From positions 54,571 through 118,570 of the forward strand of contig CAWCTG010000008.1 in the NCBI GenBank assembly GCA_963798375.1: a DNA stretch of 64,000 nt, written 5' to 3'. A model generated the notes under the pieces. That model made no database searches. It was given only the letters and a program-made list of their open reading frames with translations, and had not been told where the DNA came from. A program made the position numbers and the translations under genes. Positions within the stretch are counted from its first letter, which is position 1. Each line of letters opens with the position of its first letter. Positions 1 to 10,296 of the stretch are shown here, one piece after another. This stretch comes from Candidatus Binataceae bacterium (GTDB lineage Bacteria > Desulfobacterota > Binatia > Binatales > Binataceae).

Positions 1-314
1 AACTGACCGACATCCTGCTCAACCATTCGACCGGATTCGACCACGAGCTCGACGACAAGATCCAGGATTTCTACGACCGGATCGCGGCGCTGATCAAGCG
101 CTCGCTCGATCTCGGAATCGAGATGAACCTGGTGCGCGACTCGGATACGCGCGCGGTCTCATACGCAATCCTGGGCGGAATCAAGGAAGTGGTTGGGATG
201 CTCTCGCGCAGCGACGACCCCGACATTGCCGCGCTGGTCGAGGAAATACTGGGCTTCGGCCTCAGCGGAGTCGCGCGTCCCGAATTATTTGAAGTTCGTC
301 CGAGCGCGAGGTGA
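1..314 (+). CDS. TetR/AcrR-family regulator, C-terminal part (5' truncated by window)
   Basis: Frame is open from base 3 (LTDILLNHSTGFDHELDDKIQDFYDRIAALIKRSLDLGIEMNLVRDSD...AILG), resembling a helical TetR C-terminal domain; the HTH is not visible. Confidence 0.55.
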   Translation, partial: LTDILLNHSTGFDHELDDKIQDFYDRIAALIKRSLDLGIEMNLVRDSDTRAVSYAILGGIKEVVGMLSRSDDPDIAALVEEILGFGLSGVARPELFEVRPSAR

Positions 315-350
315 CGGCGAAAGCTTTTTTTGGGCTCCAGCTAGACTGAC

Positions 351-1172
351 ATGTCAGTTTACAGCCATAAGAAATCATCCGGCGCGCCGGCGCCCAAGCC
401 CGCCAAGCCTCCAACTGCCCGCGCGGCATTTTACGATCTCGACGGTACGCTGGTGGACCTGAACCTGGTGCATACCGCGATTTTCACGCTCGCCAACGTC
501 GGCGAATGGAGCGGGCGCGTCGCCTACCTGCTTGGTTTCGCCGCGCGAATCCCGCGCTTGTACATGGCTGAGCGGCGCGACCGCCGGCTCCTGAACGCGA
601 CCTTGTTCGAGGCCTTCAAAGGCGTGTCGCGCGACCGGCTGCTCTCGCTCGGCGAGGAATATTGCGAGCGCATCCTGATCGGACATCTTTTTCCGCGCGG
701 ATTGGAATTGATCGAGGCGAATCGCGCGGCCGGAATCGAGCCGGTACTCGTAACGGGTTCTCCGGACTTCATCGTGGCGCCGCTCGCGCGTCATCTTGGG
801 GTCGCCGACTTCGCCGCCAACCGACTTGTCTTCAGCCGCGGCCGCGCGACCGGCCGGCTGGCCGAGCCCGTGATGGCCGGGGATGAAAAAGCGGCGTGGT
901 GCGCGGACTACGCCGCGCGGCGCAATATCGATCTGGCGGATTGTTGGGGTTACGCCGACTCGCATTACGACACCGCGTTTCTGGCCACATTCGGCCATCC
1001 CGTGGCCGTCAACCCCGACCGCAGATTGCGCGCAGCCGCGCTCAGCCGGCAATGGCCGGTGATCCATTTCGAGAAGGCCGCGTCTTCAGAGCAGCCTGAC
1101 GATTTCGACGACGGCCGGGACCTTCAACAGGACATCGAACGATCGACGCGAGGCTCGGATGGCGCGGCCTGA
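351..1172 (+). CDS. HAD-IB family phosphatase (ElbB-like)
   Basis: HAD motifs FYDLDGTL, LVTGS, K and GYADSHYD, plus AVNPD; first gene of the lipid cluster. Confidence 0.85.
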   Translation: MSVYSHKKSSGAPAPKPAKPPTARAAFYDLDGTLVDLNLVHTAIFTLANVGEWSGRVAYLLGFAARIPRLYMAERRDRRLLNATLFEAFKGVSRDRLLSLGEEYCERILIGHLFPRGLELIEANRAAGIEPVLVTGSPDFIVAPLARHLGVADFAANRLVFSRGRATGRLAEPVMAGDEKAAWCADYAARRNIDLADCWGYADSHYDTAFLATFGHPVAVNPDRRLRAAALSRQWPVIHFEKAASSEQPDDFDDGRDLQQDIERSTRGSDGAA

Positions 1173-2799
1173 GGGAAAACTCAAGGAACTCAAGACCGCC
1201 GAGCTGCGCCATGAAGTCGGTGCGCGGAGCGAGCTGGTCGTCAAGCTGAATCGGCGCTCGGAGCGCCGCGTCATCCCTTATGGCGAGGAATTTATCTTCG
1301 AGAAGCTGCCGGTCGGCACGCGCGTGATCTATCCGCCGCCGCCGCTGGACCCGCTGGCCGACGCCGACCAGGCGATTCGCTACGCGCTCCTTCATCCCGA
1401 GAACCAGGATCCGCTGTTCGCGCAACTGAGTCCGAATATGCGCGTGACGATCGCGATTGACGACATCAGTCTCCCGCTGCCGCAGATGCGCCGGCCCGAC
1501 ATCCGCGAGCGGCTGCTCAACCAGGTGCTGCAGACGCTTGCCGATTACGGCGTTGACGATGTGCATCTGGTGATCGCGACGTCGTTGCATCGCCGCATGA
1601 CCGAAGCCGAAATCCGCCGCGTCGTTGGCGAGCGCGCGTTCAAGCAGTATTGGCCGGACCGGCTGTACAACTTCGACGCGGAAAATCGCGCCGAGCTGGC
1701 GATGCTCGGCAAGACCGAGCATGGCGAGGAAGTATGGCTGTCGCGGCGCGCCGCCGAGTCCGACCTGCTCATCTATTTGAACATCAACCTGGTGCCGATG
1801 GACGGCGGGCACAAGTCGGTCGCGGTGGGACTCGCGCCGTACCAGAGCCTGCGGCATCACCACAACGTCGGGACGCTGCGCGATTCGCACTCGTACATGG
1901 ACCCGACGCGCTCGGCGTTGCATCGTTCGTCGGACCGAATGGGCAAGCTGATTCACAGGTCGCTCAACATTTTCCAAATCGAGACGGCGGTGAATACGCG
2001 GATGTACGGCGGGATGCTCGACTTCCTGCACAAGAATGAAGACCGCTTCACCGACTGGGATCGCACGCGGCTGCGGGGCTTTCAATGGACGATGCGCAAC
2101 ATGTCCAACGAGCTGCGGCGCAACGTGCTGCACAACTATGCGGCGCCGTACGGAATGATCGGCGTGTGGGCGGGAGATACGGAGGCGGTGCATCGCAACG
2201 CGCTCGCGCGGGTGTTCCAGCAATACGCGGTGCCGGTGAAGGGCCAGGCCGACATCCTGATTGTCGGCGTTCCATACATCTGTCCGTACAACGTGAACTC
2301 GATCATGAATCCGGTGCTCGTGCAGTGCACCGGGATGGGCTACCTGTTCAACATGTATCGGAACAAGCCGCTGGTACGCGAAGGCGGCACGATGATCATC
2401 TGTCATCCGCTGCGCGACGAATTCCATCCCGAGCATCATCCGAGTTACATCGAGTTTTTCCATCGATGCCTGGCCGAGACGACTGACGCCGTCGAGCTCG
2501 AGAAAAATTTCGAGCGCGAGTTCGCGCGCAATCCGACCTACATACATATGTACCGCTACGGCAACGCCTACCACGGCGTGCATCCGTTCTACATGTGGTA
2601 CTGGGGCGAGCCCGCTCGCCAGCATGTCGGGCGCGTGATCGCGGCGGGATGCGAAGAGCCGGAAGTCGCGGCGCGGCTTGGATGGGAAGCCGCCGACACG
2701 CTCGACGAGGCAATCGCGATGGCGACTTCGGAGCTGGGACGCTCGGCGTCGATAACGTACCTGCACTTGCCGCCGCTGGTGATCGCGGATGTCGAGTAG
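1159..2799 (+). CDS. Lactate racemase (LarA/DUF2088) domain protein (ElbC-like)
   Basis: AIRYALLHP...VTIAIDDISLP...ATSLHRRMT...GGHKS pattern typical of the LarA N-terminal domain; overlaps both neighbours. Confidence 0.75.
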   Translation: MARPEGKLKELKTAELRHEVGARSELVVKLNRRSERRVIPYGEEFIFEKLPVGTRVIYPPPPLDPLADADQAIRYALLHPENQDPLFAQLSPNMRVTIAIDDISLPLPQMRRPDIRERLLNQVLQTLADYGVDDVHLVIATSLHRRMTEAEIRRVVGERAFKQYWPDRLYNFDAENRAELAMLGKTEHGEEVWLSRRAAESDLLIYLNINLVPMDGGHKSVAVGLAPYQSLRHHHNVGTLRDSHSYMDPTRSALHRSSDRMGKLIHRSLNIFQIETAVNTRMYGGMLDFLHKNEDRFTDWDRTRLRGFQWTMRNMSNELRRNVLHNYAAPYGMIGVWAGDTEAVHRNALARVFQQYAVPVKGQADILIVGVPYICPYNVNSIMNPVLVQCTGMGYLFNMYRNKPLVREGGTMIICHPLRDEFHPEHHPSYIEFFHRCLAETTDAVELEKNFEREFARNPTYIHMYRYGNAYHGVHPFYMWYWGEPARQHVGRVIAAGCEEPEVAARLGWEAADTLDEAIAMATSELGRSASITYLHLPPLVIADVE

Positions 2800-5700
2800 C
2801 AACGGCAAACGCAACGGGGCGGCGGCTCGCGGCGCGCCGTCGATGCCACCGCTCGGGGATGTGCTCGCAGGCCGTCGCATCCTGCTGACCGGAGCCACGG
2901 GATTTCTCGGCAAAGTTTTTCTCGCGATCCTTCTGCGATGGCATCCCGAAATCGAGCGCGTCTATCTGCTGATTCGCGGCGACCGGCGCAGCAGCGTGGG
3001 CCGCTTTCGCCGCGAGATTCTCGACTCACCGGTGTTTGCGCCGCTGCGCGAACATCTCGGCGCGAAGTTCGATCGCTATATCGAGGAAAAGATCGTCGTC
3101 GTTCCGGGCGACATCACCAATGACGGTCTGCTCGGCGAAGAAGCGAAGCCGTTCAAGCCGGGCAGCCTCGACGCGGTCGTTCACAGCGCGGGCCTGGTGA
3201 ACTTCGAGGCCTCGCTGGAAAAGGCGATCGAGGTCAACACCACCGGCGTCGGCAACGTGATCGAGTTCTGCCGCAGGCTCGGCGCCGCGATGATGCATGT
3301 CTCGACCTGCTACGTCGCGGGCAGCGCCGACGGCCATCGCTACGAAGACGACCTCCCGGAAAACTGGTGCCCCGACGGGCGCAAGTCGTTTCGGCTCGAG
3401 CGCGAGATTCGCGACGCGCTCGCCGCGGTCGAACGCGTGCAGGCCGAATCGCGCGATCAACTGCGTCACGCCGAGTTTCGCGGCGATGACGGCGACGCCG
3501 ATGCGCCGCGCGAGTCCGCACTCGAGCATCGCCGCAAGCAGTGGCTTGAAGAGCGCCTCAAGGATGTCGGCCGCAAACGCGCGCAGAGTTGGGGATGGCC
3601 TAATACCTACAGTTACACCAAGAGCCTTGGCGAACAGTTGGTGCTCGCGCAGCGCGATACTCTCAACGTCACGGTAGTGCGCCCGGCGGTAATAGAAAGC
3701 GCGCTGCGCGATCCATTTCCCGGATGGAACCAGGGCGTCAACACCAGCGCGCCGCTGACCTACCTTGCCGGCCGCGGCTACCGCTTTTATCCTGCCAGGG
3801 CGGAGTTGGTGCTCGACGTGATCCCGGTCGATCTCGCGGCGCACGCGATGATTCCGATCCTCGCCGCGCTGCTATCGCGGATGCACAAGCCCATCTACCA
3901 GCTTTGCACTTCGGATCGGAATCCGCTGCCGATGCGCCGGCTGGTAGAGCTGACCGCGCTCAGCAATCGCCGCGAGCATCGCAAGGATGGCGGCTCGATG
4001 CGCTGGCTGGGGCCCCATCTGGAAGCGGTCGTCGTGTCGCAGAATACCTACGACCTCGCCAGCCGGACGGTTCCGCAAATTCTCAAACAAGCGGCGGCGC
4101 TCGCGCGCAGCGTGCTGGGCGAGGAAAATCAGCGCGCAAAAAAAGTCGAGAGCGGCGTCGATGAATTCAAGCAGAATACCGACCTCGCGCGCGAACTGGT
4201 CGAGGTCTATCGTCCCTACATCCAGGAGCTGGTTTATACTTTTCACGCCGGCAACATTCGCGCGCTTTATGCGGCGCTCGAGCCCGCCGACGCCGAGCGC
4301 CATCCGTTTCGCCCCGATCTGATCGATTGGCGCGACTACTGGATCAACATCCATCTGCCGGGACTGCGCCGCCATATTTTTCCGCAACTCGATCTCCACG
4401 CGCGCGGCAGGCCCAAGTCGCTGCCGCGCCATCGCAGTCTCGTCGATATGCTCGATCGCGCCGCCGACCGCTACGGTTCCGCGCTCGCGATGATCGCGCG
4501 CCTGCCGTCCGGCGAGCAGACGCAGACCACCTATCGCGAGCTGCGCGACAAGGCCCGTCGCGCGGCGCTGCTGCTCGCCACGCGCGGAATCAAGCCCGGC
4601 GATCGGGTGCTTCTGATCGGCGAGAACTCGCCCGATTGGGTGCTGGGCTATTTCGCGATTCTATCCGCCGGCGCGATTGCGGTGCCGCTCGATCAGATGA
4701 TTTCCGCCGAGGAACTCGCGCCCATCTGCAAAATCGCGGCGCCCGCGGCTGCGCTGCGCTCGAGCGCGGTTCACAAGCGCCTCGGCGCTGCGCTCGGCAA
4801 TGCGCATCCGAGACTCATCGAGCTCGACCTCGCCGAGCTCGCGCGTCCATTCATTCTGCGTGGCGACGCGAAAACTCCGCCCGCGCCGCCCGAGCGAAAG
4901 GCGCTTGCGTCGATCCTGTTCACCTCGGGCAGCACCGGCGCGCCCAAGGGCGTGATGCTGTCGCACGGCAACTTCGCCGCCGAAGTCGCGATGCTGTCGC
5001 GCGTCTTTGTGCTCGGCGCCGACGACGTGGTGCTGTCGCTGCTTCCGCTGCATCACGCGTTCGAGTTCACCTGCGGGATGCTGCTGCCGCTCGCCAGCGG
5101 CGCGACGATTGTATATCCGCTCGAAGTCGATGCGAAAACGCTGTCGCGCACGCTCGCCGACGTTCGCCCGACCGCGCTGATCGGCGTGCCCGCGGTGTGG
5201 GAGGCGGTCCATCGGCGCATCGTCGATGAAGTCGAGGCGCGCGGTCCTTTTTTTCACGCCGCCTTCGACAATCTGCGCGATCTCAATCGCCGGCTCCACG
5301 CGAACTCAGGGCTTAACTTCGGTTCGATTGTTTTCCGCCAGGTTCATTCCGCGCTGGGCGGCCGGCTGCGGCTCGCCGTCAGCGGCGGTTCTGCGTTGCC
5401 CCATCGCGTTGCGGAGTTTTTCAACGATATCGGAATCCCGCTGCTCGAAGGTTACGGTTTGACTGAAGCGGCGCCTGTTCTATCGGTCGCGCGGCCTGAC
5501 GAAGCGCTGCAAGTCGGCGCGGTCGGAAAGCCGCTGAGCGGCGTCGAGATCAAGCTCGTGCCCGCAAGCGGGCCGATCGGCGAAATAATCGCGCACGGGC
5601 CGAACGTGATGGCGGGTTACTATCGCAATGAGGCCGCGACCGCCGAAGTTCTGACCGACGGATGGCTTCACACCGGAGACCTCGGGCGCTTCGACGACGC

Positions 5701-7141
5701 CGGCCGCTTGTACATCGTCGGCCGCGCCAAGGAAGTTATCGTCGATTCCGGCGGCAACAACATCTACATCGAAGAGCTCGAAGAGTCCTACGGCCGTTCG
5801 CAGTACGTCAAGGAGATGGCGGTCGTCGGCTTGAAGGTCGCTCAGGGCGAGCAGGTCGCGGCGCTGGTCGTGCCCGCCTACTCGCGCGGAGAGAGCCGCC
5901 GCGCCGTGGAAGATCGGCTGCGCAGCGACTTCGACAAGCTCGCGCGCGAACTCAGCGCGCACAAACGAATCAGAATCCTCCGCTTCACCGACGCCGAACT
6001 GCCGCGCACGCGCACTCGCAAGATCAAACGCGCCGACGTAGCCGCGATGCTGCGGCGGATGCTCGACGTTCGCCCGAGCGACGCCGGCACCGATACCGCA
6101 AACTCCGAGGTCGAGACCTGGCTCGCCGAGGCGCTCGCGTTAATCGCCACCGAGCCGGTCAACATCACGCCGGCCACGCGGCTGATCGAGGACCTGGGCC
6201 TCGACTCGCTCGCGCTCGCCGAAATCGGCGAGCTGATCGGCGAGCGCGCAAGCCGCGAGATTGCTCCCGAGGAAATCGCCGACCTGCGCACCGTCGCGGA
6301 CCTGCAACTCCTCGCCACCCAGCCGGGCGGCAACGGGCGCCATCGGATGCCCTCGTACGCAAAGTTCGCCGAACCCTACACTCCGCGCCTGCCGGCGCCG
6401 CTGAAATGGCTGGGCCGCTTTGCGGTGCGCGGAGCGGAGCGCGCAATTTTCGACGGATGGCTGAAGCCGAAAGTCCTCGGGCGCGGCAATATCCCCGCCA
6501 ATCGCAACTTCATCGTCGTCGCGAACCATTCGAGTCATCTCGACTTCAGCCTGGTCGGTTACGCGCTTGGCGCGGTCGGCGACGATATCCGGGTGCTCGC
6601 CGCCAAGGATTATTTCTTCAACACGCCGGCGCGGCGTTTTCTGGCGTCAAACTTCACCTCGCTGATGCCATTCGATCGCGAACGCGCGCAACTCGAATCT
6701 CTCGAAGACGCGCTCGCCGAGCTTGCCCAAGGACGCAGCGTCCTGATGTTTCCCGAGGGCACCCGCTCGGCCGACGGCGAAATCCACGAGTTCAAGAGTG
6801 GCGCGGGATTCCTGGCCTTGCGCAGTCGATGCGACGTGCTGCCGATCCTGATTCGCGGGACCCATGACGTCATGGGCAAAGGCAGCCTCATCCCGCGGCA
6901 CCATCCGGTGGAAGTCAGAATCGGTCGCGCCATCACTGCCGCCGAGCTGCGCGAACTGTCCAAGAGTTCCGAAGGCGCCGGCGCCTATCGCAAAATCGCC
7001 GATCTGATGCGCACCGCAGTCACCGCGCTATCCGGCTCGCGCTCGAAGCTCACGCTGAGCTGCGATGCGGCAACCGCGCCCTCAAACGGCGCCGCGCCCG
7101 TCACGCGCGCGCATTCCCGGACCGCGCGTTCGTTAAGGTGA
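2789..7141 (+). CDS. elbD: Multidomain fatty acyl reductase / acyl-CoA synthetase / ACP / acyltransferase (ElbD-like)
   Basis: FAR: TGATGFLGK, WPNTYSYTK. AMP-binding: FTSGSTGAPKG, YGLTE, TGDLG. ACP: LGLDSL. PlsC: NHSSHLD, FPEGTRS. Same domain order as Myxococcus ElbD. Confidence 0.85.
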   Translation: MSSSNGKRNGAAARGAPSMPPLGDVLAGRRILLTGATGFLGKVFLAILLRWHPEIERVYLLIRGDRRSSVGRFRREILDSPVFAPLREHLGAKFDRYIEEKIVVVPGDITNDGLLGEEAKPFKPGSLDAVVHSAGLVNFEASLEKAIEVNTTGVGNVIEFCRRLGAAMMHVSTCYVAGSADGHRYEDDLPENWCPDGRKSFRLEREIRDALAAVERVQAESRDQLRHAEFRGDDGDADAPRESALEHRRKQWLEERLKDVGRKRAQSWGWPNTYSYTKSLGEQLVLAQRDTLNVTVVRPAVIESALRDPFPGWNQGVNTSAPLTYLAGRGYRFYPARAELVLDVIPVDLAAHAMIPILAALLSRMHKPIYQLCTSDRNPLPMRRLVELTALSNRREHRKDGGSMRWLGPHLEAVVVSQNTYDLASRTVPQILKQAAALARSVLGEENQRAKKVESGVDEFKQNTDLARELVEVYRPYIQELVYTFHAGNIRALYAALEPADAERHPFRPDLIDWRDYWINIHLPGLRRHIFPQLDLHARGRPKSLPRHRSLVDMLDRAADRYGSALAMIARLPSGEQTQTTYRELRDKARRAALLLATRGIKPGDRVLLIGENSPDWVLGYFAILSAGAIAVPLDQMISAEELAPICKIAAPAAALRSSAVHKRLGAALGNAHPRLIELDLAELARPFILRGDAKTPPAPPERKALASILFTSGSTGAPKGVMLSHGNFAAEVAMLSRVFVLGADDVVLSLLPLHHAFEFTCGMLLPLASGATIVYPLEVDAKTLSRTLADVRPTALIGVPAVWEAVHRRIVDEVEARGPFFHAAFDNLRDLNRRLHANSGLNFGSIVFRQVHSALGGRLRLAVSGGSALPHRVAEFFNDIGIPLLEGYGLTEAAPVLSVARPDEALQVGAVGKPLSGVEIKLVPASGPIGEIIAHGPNVMAGYYRNEAATAEVLTDGWLHTGDLGRFDDAGRLYIVGRAKEVIVDSGGNNIYIEELEESYGRSQYVKEMAVVGLKVAQGEQVAALVVPAYSRGESRRAVEDRLRSDFDKLARELSAHKRIRILRFTDAELPRTRTRKIKRADVAAMLRRMLDVRPSDAGTDTANSEVETWLAEALALIATEPVNITPATRLIEDLGLDSLALAEIGELIGERASREIAPEEIADLRTVADLQLLATQPGGNGRHRMPSYAKFAEPYTPRLPAPLKWLGRFAVRGAERAIFDGWLKPKVLGRGNIPANRNFIVVANHSSHLDFSLVGYALGAVGDDIRVLAAKDYFFNTPARRFLASNFTSLMPFDRERAQLESLEDALAELAQGRSVLMFPEGTRSADGEIHEFKSGAGFLALRSRCDVLPILIRGTHDVMGKGSLIPRHHPVEVRIGRAITAAELRELSKSSEGAGAYRKIADLMRTAVTALSGSRSKLTLSCDAATAPSNGAAPVTRAHSRTARSLR

Positions 7142-7180
7142 CGCTGGAATACCTGCCCGCCGGATGGTTACATTTGGATC

Positions 7181-7717
7181 ATGATTGACTTGTTCAGCAC
7201 CCGCCGCGACCGTGACCCGCAGCCAGCTCGCGGTGGCCGCCGGCCGTCGGTCAGCGTGATCTCGGATGAATTGTTGGTCGGCGAATATCCCGGTCAGGGC
7301 GATATCGGCTGGCTGAAGGATACCTACGGGATCACCGCGGTTCACAATCTCCAGGACGACGACGATCTGCGCATGAATGGGTTGGACGACGGACGACTGA
7401 GCGCGGAGTACACCGCGCATGGGATCGACTATGTGCGCACGCCCATTCAGGATGGCAGCGCAGACGCGATGGCCGAGCGGCTCGAAGCTGCGCTCCACGA
7501 TCTTCGCGATCTGGTCGGTTCTGGTTCCCGCGTCTATCTCCATTGCAACGCCGGGATGAACCGCGCACCCACGCTTGCGATTGCGTTCCTGCGCGCTTAT
7601 CGGCAAATGTCACTCGAAGAGGCGATGATGCTCGTTAAAAAACAGCGCGCATGCGGACCGTTCATGACGGTCCTCGAAGAGTACTTCGGGCCGCGCGATT
7701 ACAAGCCGGAAAAATGA
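7181..7717 (+). CDS. Dual-specificity (Cys-dependent) phosphatase
   Basis: CX5R P-loop VYLHCNAGMNRAPT and upstream PIQD acid loop. Confidence 0.85.
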   Translation: MIDLFSTRRDRDPQPARGGRRPSVSVISDELLVGEYPGQGDIGWLKDTYGITAVHNLQDDDDLRMNGLDDGRLSAEYTAHGIDYVRTPIQDGSADAMAERLEAALHDLRDLVGSGSRVYLHCNAGMNRAPTLAIAFLRAYRQMSLEEAMMLVKKQRACGPFMTVLEEYFGPRDYKPEK

Positions 7718-7718
7718 C

Positions 7719-8495
7719 TTGACCTCATCAGGCGCAGCCGGAAGTTTGCCGCGGCCGATCGCGCGGCAGAAATTTCTCACGGCCTGCGCGTGGGGCGTGC
7801 ATCTATACACCGCTTTAGGCGCGGCGCTCGGCCTGCTCGCCATTTACTTCGCCTCGCAGCGCGACTTCCGCGCGTCGTTCCTCGCGATGGGCGCGGCTAC
7901 GATTATCGATTCCAGCGACGGTCCGCTCGCCCGCTGGCTGATGGTCAAGACTCGCGTGCCGGCCTTCGACGGCGCGCTGCTCGACAACATCGTGGACTAC
8001 CTCACCTACACCGTGGCGCCGGTGTTTCTGATGCTGGAGGCCGGGATCATACCGGGTTCGCGATGGGGCCTGGGGCTGGCGTGTTTCGTCATGCTCGCGA
8101 GCGTTTACGGATTCTGCCGGACGCAAGCCAAGACCGACGACAATTACTTCCTCGGCTTCCCGAACTATTGGAACCTGGTCGCGTTTTATCTTTTCTGTCT
8201 CGGCGCCGGCACCGTCTTCAACGTCGCCGTCCTGCTGCTCTTCGCCGTGATGGTGTTCATGCCGCTCAAGTTCATTTATCCAAATCGAACCGTCCCGCTC
8301 CGCCCGGTCACGCTCACGCTTGGAATAATCTGGGCGTTTGTGACGGTCGCGGCGGTTCTGATGTTGCCGGCTGTGAATCCCATTATGTTGTGGGCCGGGC
8401 TGAGTTTCATCGCTTACTACTTAATCGCGTCGTTCGTGCTTCAGGCGCGCGCCGCGCTCAAGTCCAATCGCAGCCGCGTCGATCTGAATGCCTGA
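7719..8495 (+). CDS. CDP-alcohol phosphatidyltransferase, phosphatidylcholine synthase (Pcs)-like
   Basis: AWGVHLYTA, DSSDGPLAR...FDGALLDNIVDYLTY, FLGFPNYWN and KFIYP motifs; multiple TM helices. Confidence 0.8.
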   Translation: MTSSGAAGSLPRPIARQKFLTACAWGVHLYTALGAALGLLAIYFASQRDFRASFLAMGAATIIDSSDGPLARWLMVKTRVPAFDGALLDNIVDYLTYTVAPVFLMLEAGIIPGSRWGLGLACFVMLASVYGFCRTQAKTDDNYFLGFPNYWNLVAFYLFCLGAGTVFNVAVLLLFAVMVFMPLKFIYPNRTVPLRPVTLTLGIIWAFVTVAAVLMLPAVNPIMLWAGLSFIAYYLIASFVLQARAALKSNRSRVDLNA

Positions 8496-10287
8496 ATCCG
8501 GGCTTCATACCGCAACCGCCGCCTCCGAGTCATGGCTCGAGGTGATCGATTCCGATTCTCCCCTGCTCCTGATTACGCCGCACGGCGGCCGCGCCGAGCC
8601 ACGCACGCGCTCGCTGCCCAATCCCAAGGTCAACGACCTTCATACCGCCGAAATCACGCGCGGACTTGCGGCGCGACTTGGCGCGTCGGCGCTGATCAAC
8701 GTCGCGATGGATCGCAATCGGCTTGACTGCAACCGTCTCTCGCAAATAATCGAACGCGCGCCGTGGCTGCTCGAAATGATCGCGGATCGGGTCGGCGCAA
8801 TCGTCGCGCGTCATGGCCGCGTCACGGTGCTGCTCATCCACGGCTGGAACATTATCGAGCCGCGCCTCGATTTCGGGCTCGGACTGCGAACTTCAGGCGG
8901 CGAACTGCGGCCGCCCGGTTCCGCTTGCGTCTCGGCCAGCGACGATTTCATCAACGGCCCTCTCGCCGGACTCGCCGACCGCCTGCATCATCATGGAATC
9001 AAGCCCACCTATGGCATGCGTTACCCGGGCGGCGGTCTCCAGAACCTGTTGCAGGCATTCACCGCGCGTCATCGCCAAAGTTCGAACGCGCCGCTCAGAT
9101 CGATTTCCGAAACTGCCGTGAACGGTTTCGTCGATGCGGCCCAACTCGAACTGTCTGTCTCGGTCAGGATGCCCGGCGAGTTGCGCGCCAGGTGCGAAGA
9201 CGCCATCGCCCAAGTCTTCTCGGCAAACGACGCTGATTGGCACGCCCCGCGCGCACCTCTCGTTGTAAATCGCGCGCCGCGCCCGCGCGCCCCCAAATCC
9301 GAAATCGGCGCGGCTGCAACGGTCGCGGCGCCCGGACGCGTCGGGATCGAATTCTACGACCCGGCGGCGCGGATAGGCGCGATGGCAAGCTTCGACGTCG
9401 GCGGCGCCGGCATGGGCGCGCGAATCATGATGCTGTTCGATCGGCATCGCGCAGCATTGTTTACCGCCGAAGGCCGGCCGACACGTTCCAGCAGCGCGGT
9501 CGCTCACGGTCCGCTCTCGCTCAGGCGCGAGGGCGAATCGATCGTGCTCGCGTTCCGCGGACCCGCCGTGATCGTGCCCGACGCTACCGCGTATCTAAGC
9601 ATCGAACGCGCGCTGGCCTCGGGCCGGCTGGATGGCGACACCGAAGTTAACGCGCGTTTCGAAATCGATCATGCTGGCGGTGAGTTCGACTTCGACCGGA
9701 TTCTGTCCTCGTTCGGCGCCACGCAGGACCGCGCGTCGTCGAGCGCTTCATTCGGGCGAATTGCAGGACGGGTTTGCATTGACGGCGCCGCACGGACGGT
9801 GAACGGGTTTGCGCGCGCGGGAATGTCGTTCACCGGACTGGGGCCGGATAAATTCACCGCGCGCCGGATGATTTGGGCGTGTTTCGAAGATAAAGAGGCG
9901 CCGCGTGCGCTCGAAGCCCGCTCGGTCGCGACAGCCGATAAGCCGCCAGGCCGGAGCGCCAGGATTCTCGGCGCCGGCGGCTGGTCGCCGTGCGAGCTGC
10001 GCGATCTCACGATCGATACGGCTTCGGTCGAGGAACCGCCGCATCGTATTTTCGCATCGTTAACGCGCCCGGATGGGTCGTCATGCGAAGTCGAGGGCGG
10101 CGTCGAATGCTTTATTCCGCTGTCGCGCCCCGGGCCCGGGAATTCGCGCATCTACACGTCGCTCGGATTCGCCAGCTTCCGTACCGGCGCCCATCGCGGG
10201 GCCGGGATGTTTGAATATTCGCGCGTCGCCGACTCGGTGCCGACCGCCGCCGATGAGAACAACGAATACGATTCCAATTCCGATTGA
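8488..10287 (+). CDS. Hypothetical two-domain protein (N-terminal PHGG amidohydrolase-like; C-terminal beta-rich)
   Basis: Long ORF overlapping the pcs-like stop; LLLITPHGG...DLHT...LIHG and C-terminal GAGMFEYSR. Confidence 0.6.
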   Translation: MPESGLHTATAASESWLEVIDSDSPLLLITPHGGRAEPRTRSLPNPKVNDLHTAEITRGLAARLGASALINVAMDRNRLDCNRLSQIIERAPWLLEMIADRVGAIVARHGRVTVLLIHGWNIIEPRLDFGLGLRTSGGELRPPGSACVSASDDFINGPLAGLADRLHHHGIKPTYGMRYPGGGLQNLLQAFTARHRQSSNAPLRSISETAVNGFVDAAQLELSVSVRMPGELRARCEDAIAQVFSANDADWHAPRAPLVVNRAPRPRAPKSEIGAAATVAAPGRVGIEFYDPAARIGAMASFDVGGAGMGARIMMLFDRHRAALFTAEGRPTRSSSAVAHGPLSLRREGESIVLAFRGPAVIVPDATAYLSIERALASGRLDGDTEVNARFEIDHAGGEFDFDRILSSFGATQDRASSSASFGRIAGRVCIDGAARTVNGFARAGMSFTGLGPDKFTARRMIWACFEDKEAPRALEARSVATADKPPGRSARILGAGGWSPCELRDLTIDTASVEEPPHRIFASLTRPDGSSCEVEGGVECFIPLSRPGPGNSRIYTSLGFASFRTGAHRGAGMFEYSRVADSVPTAADENNEYDSNSD

Positions 10288-10296
10288 GGCGCGGCC

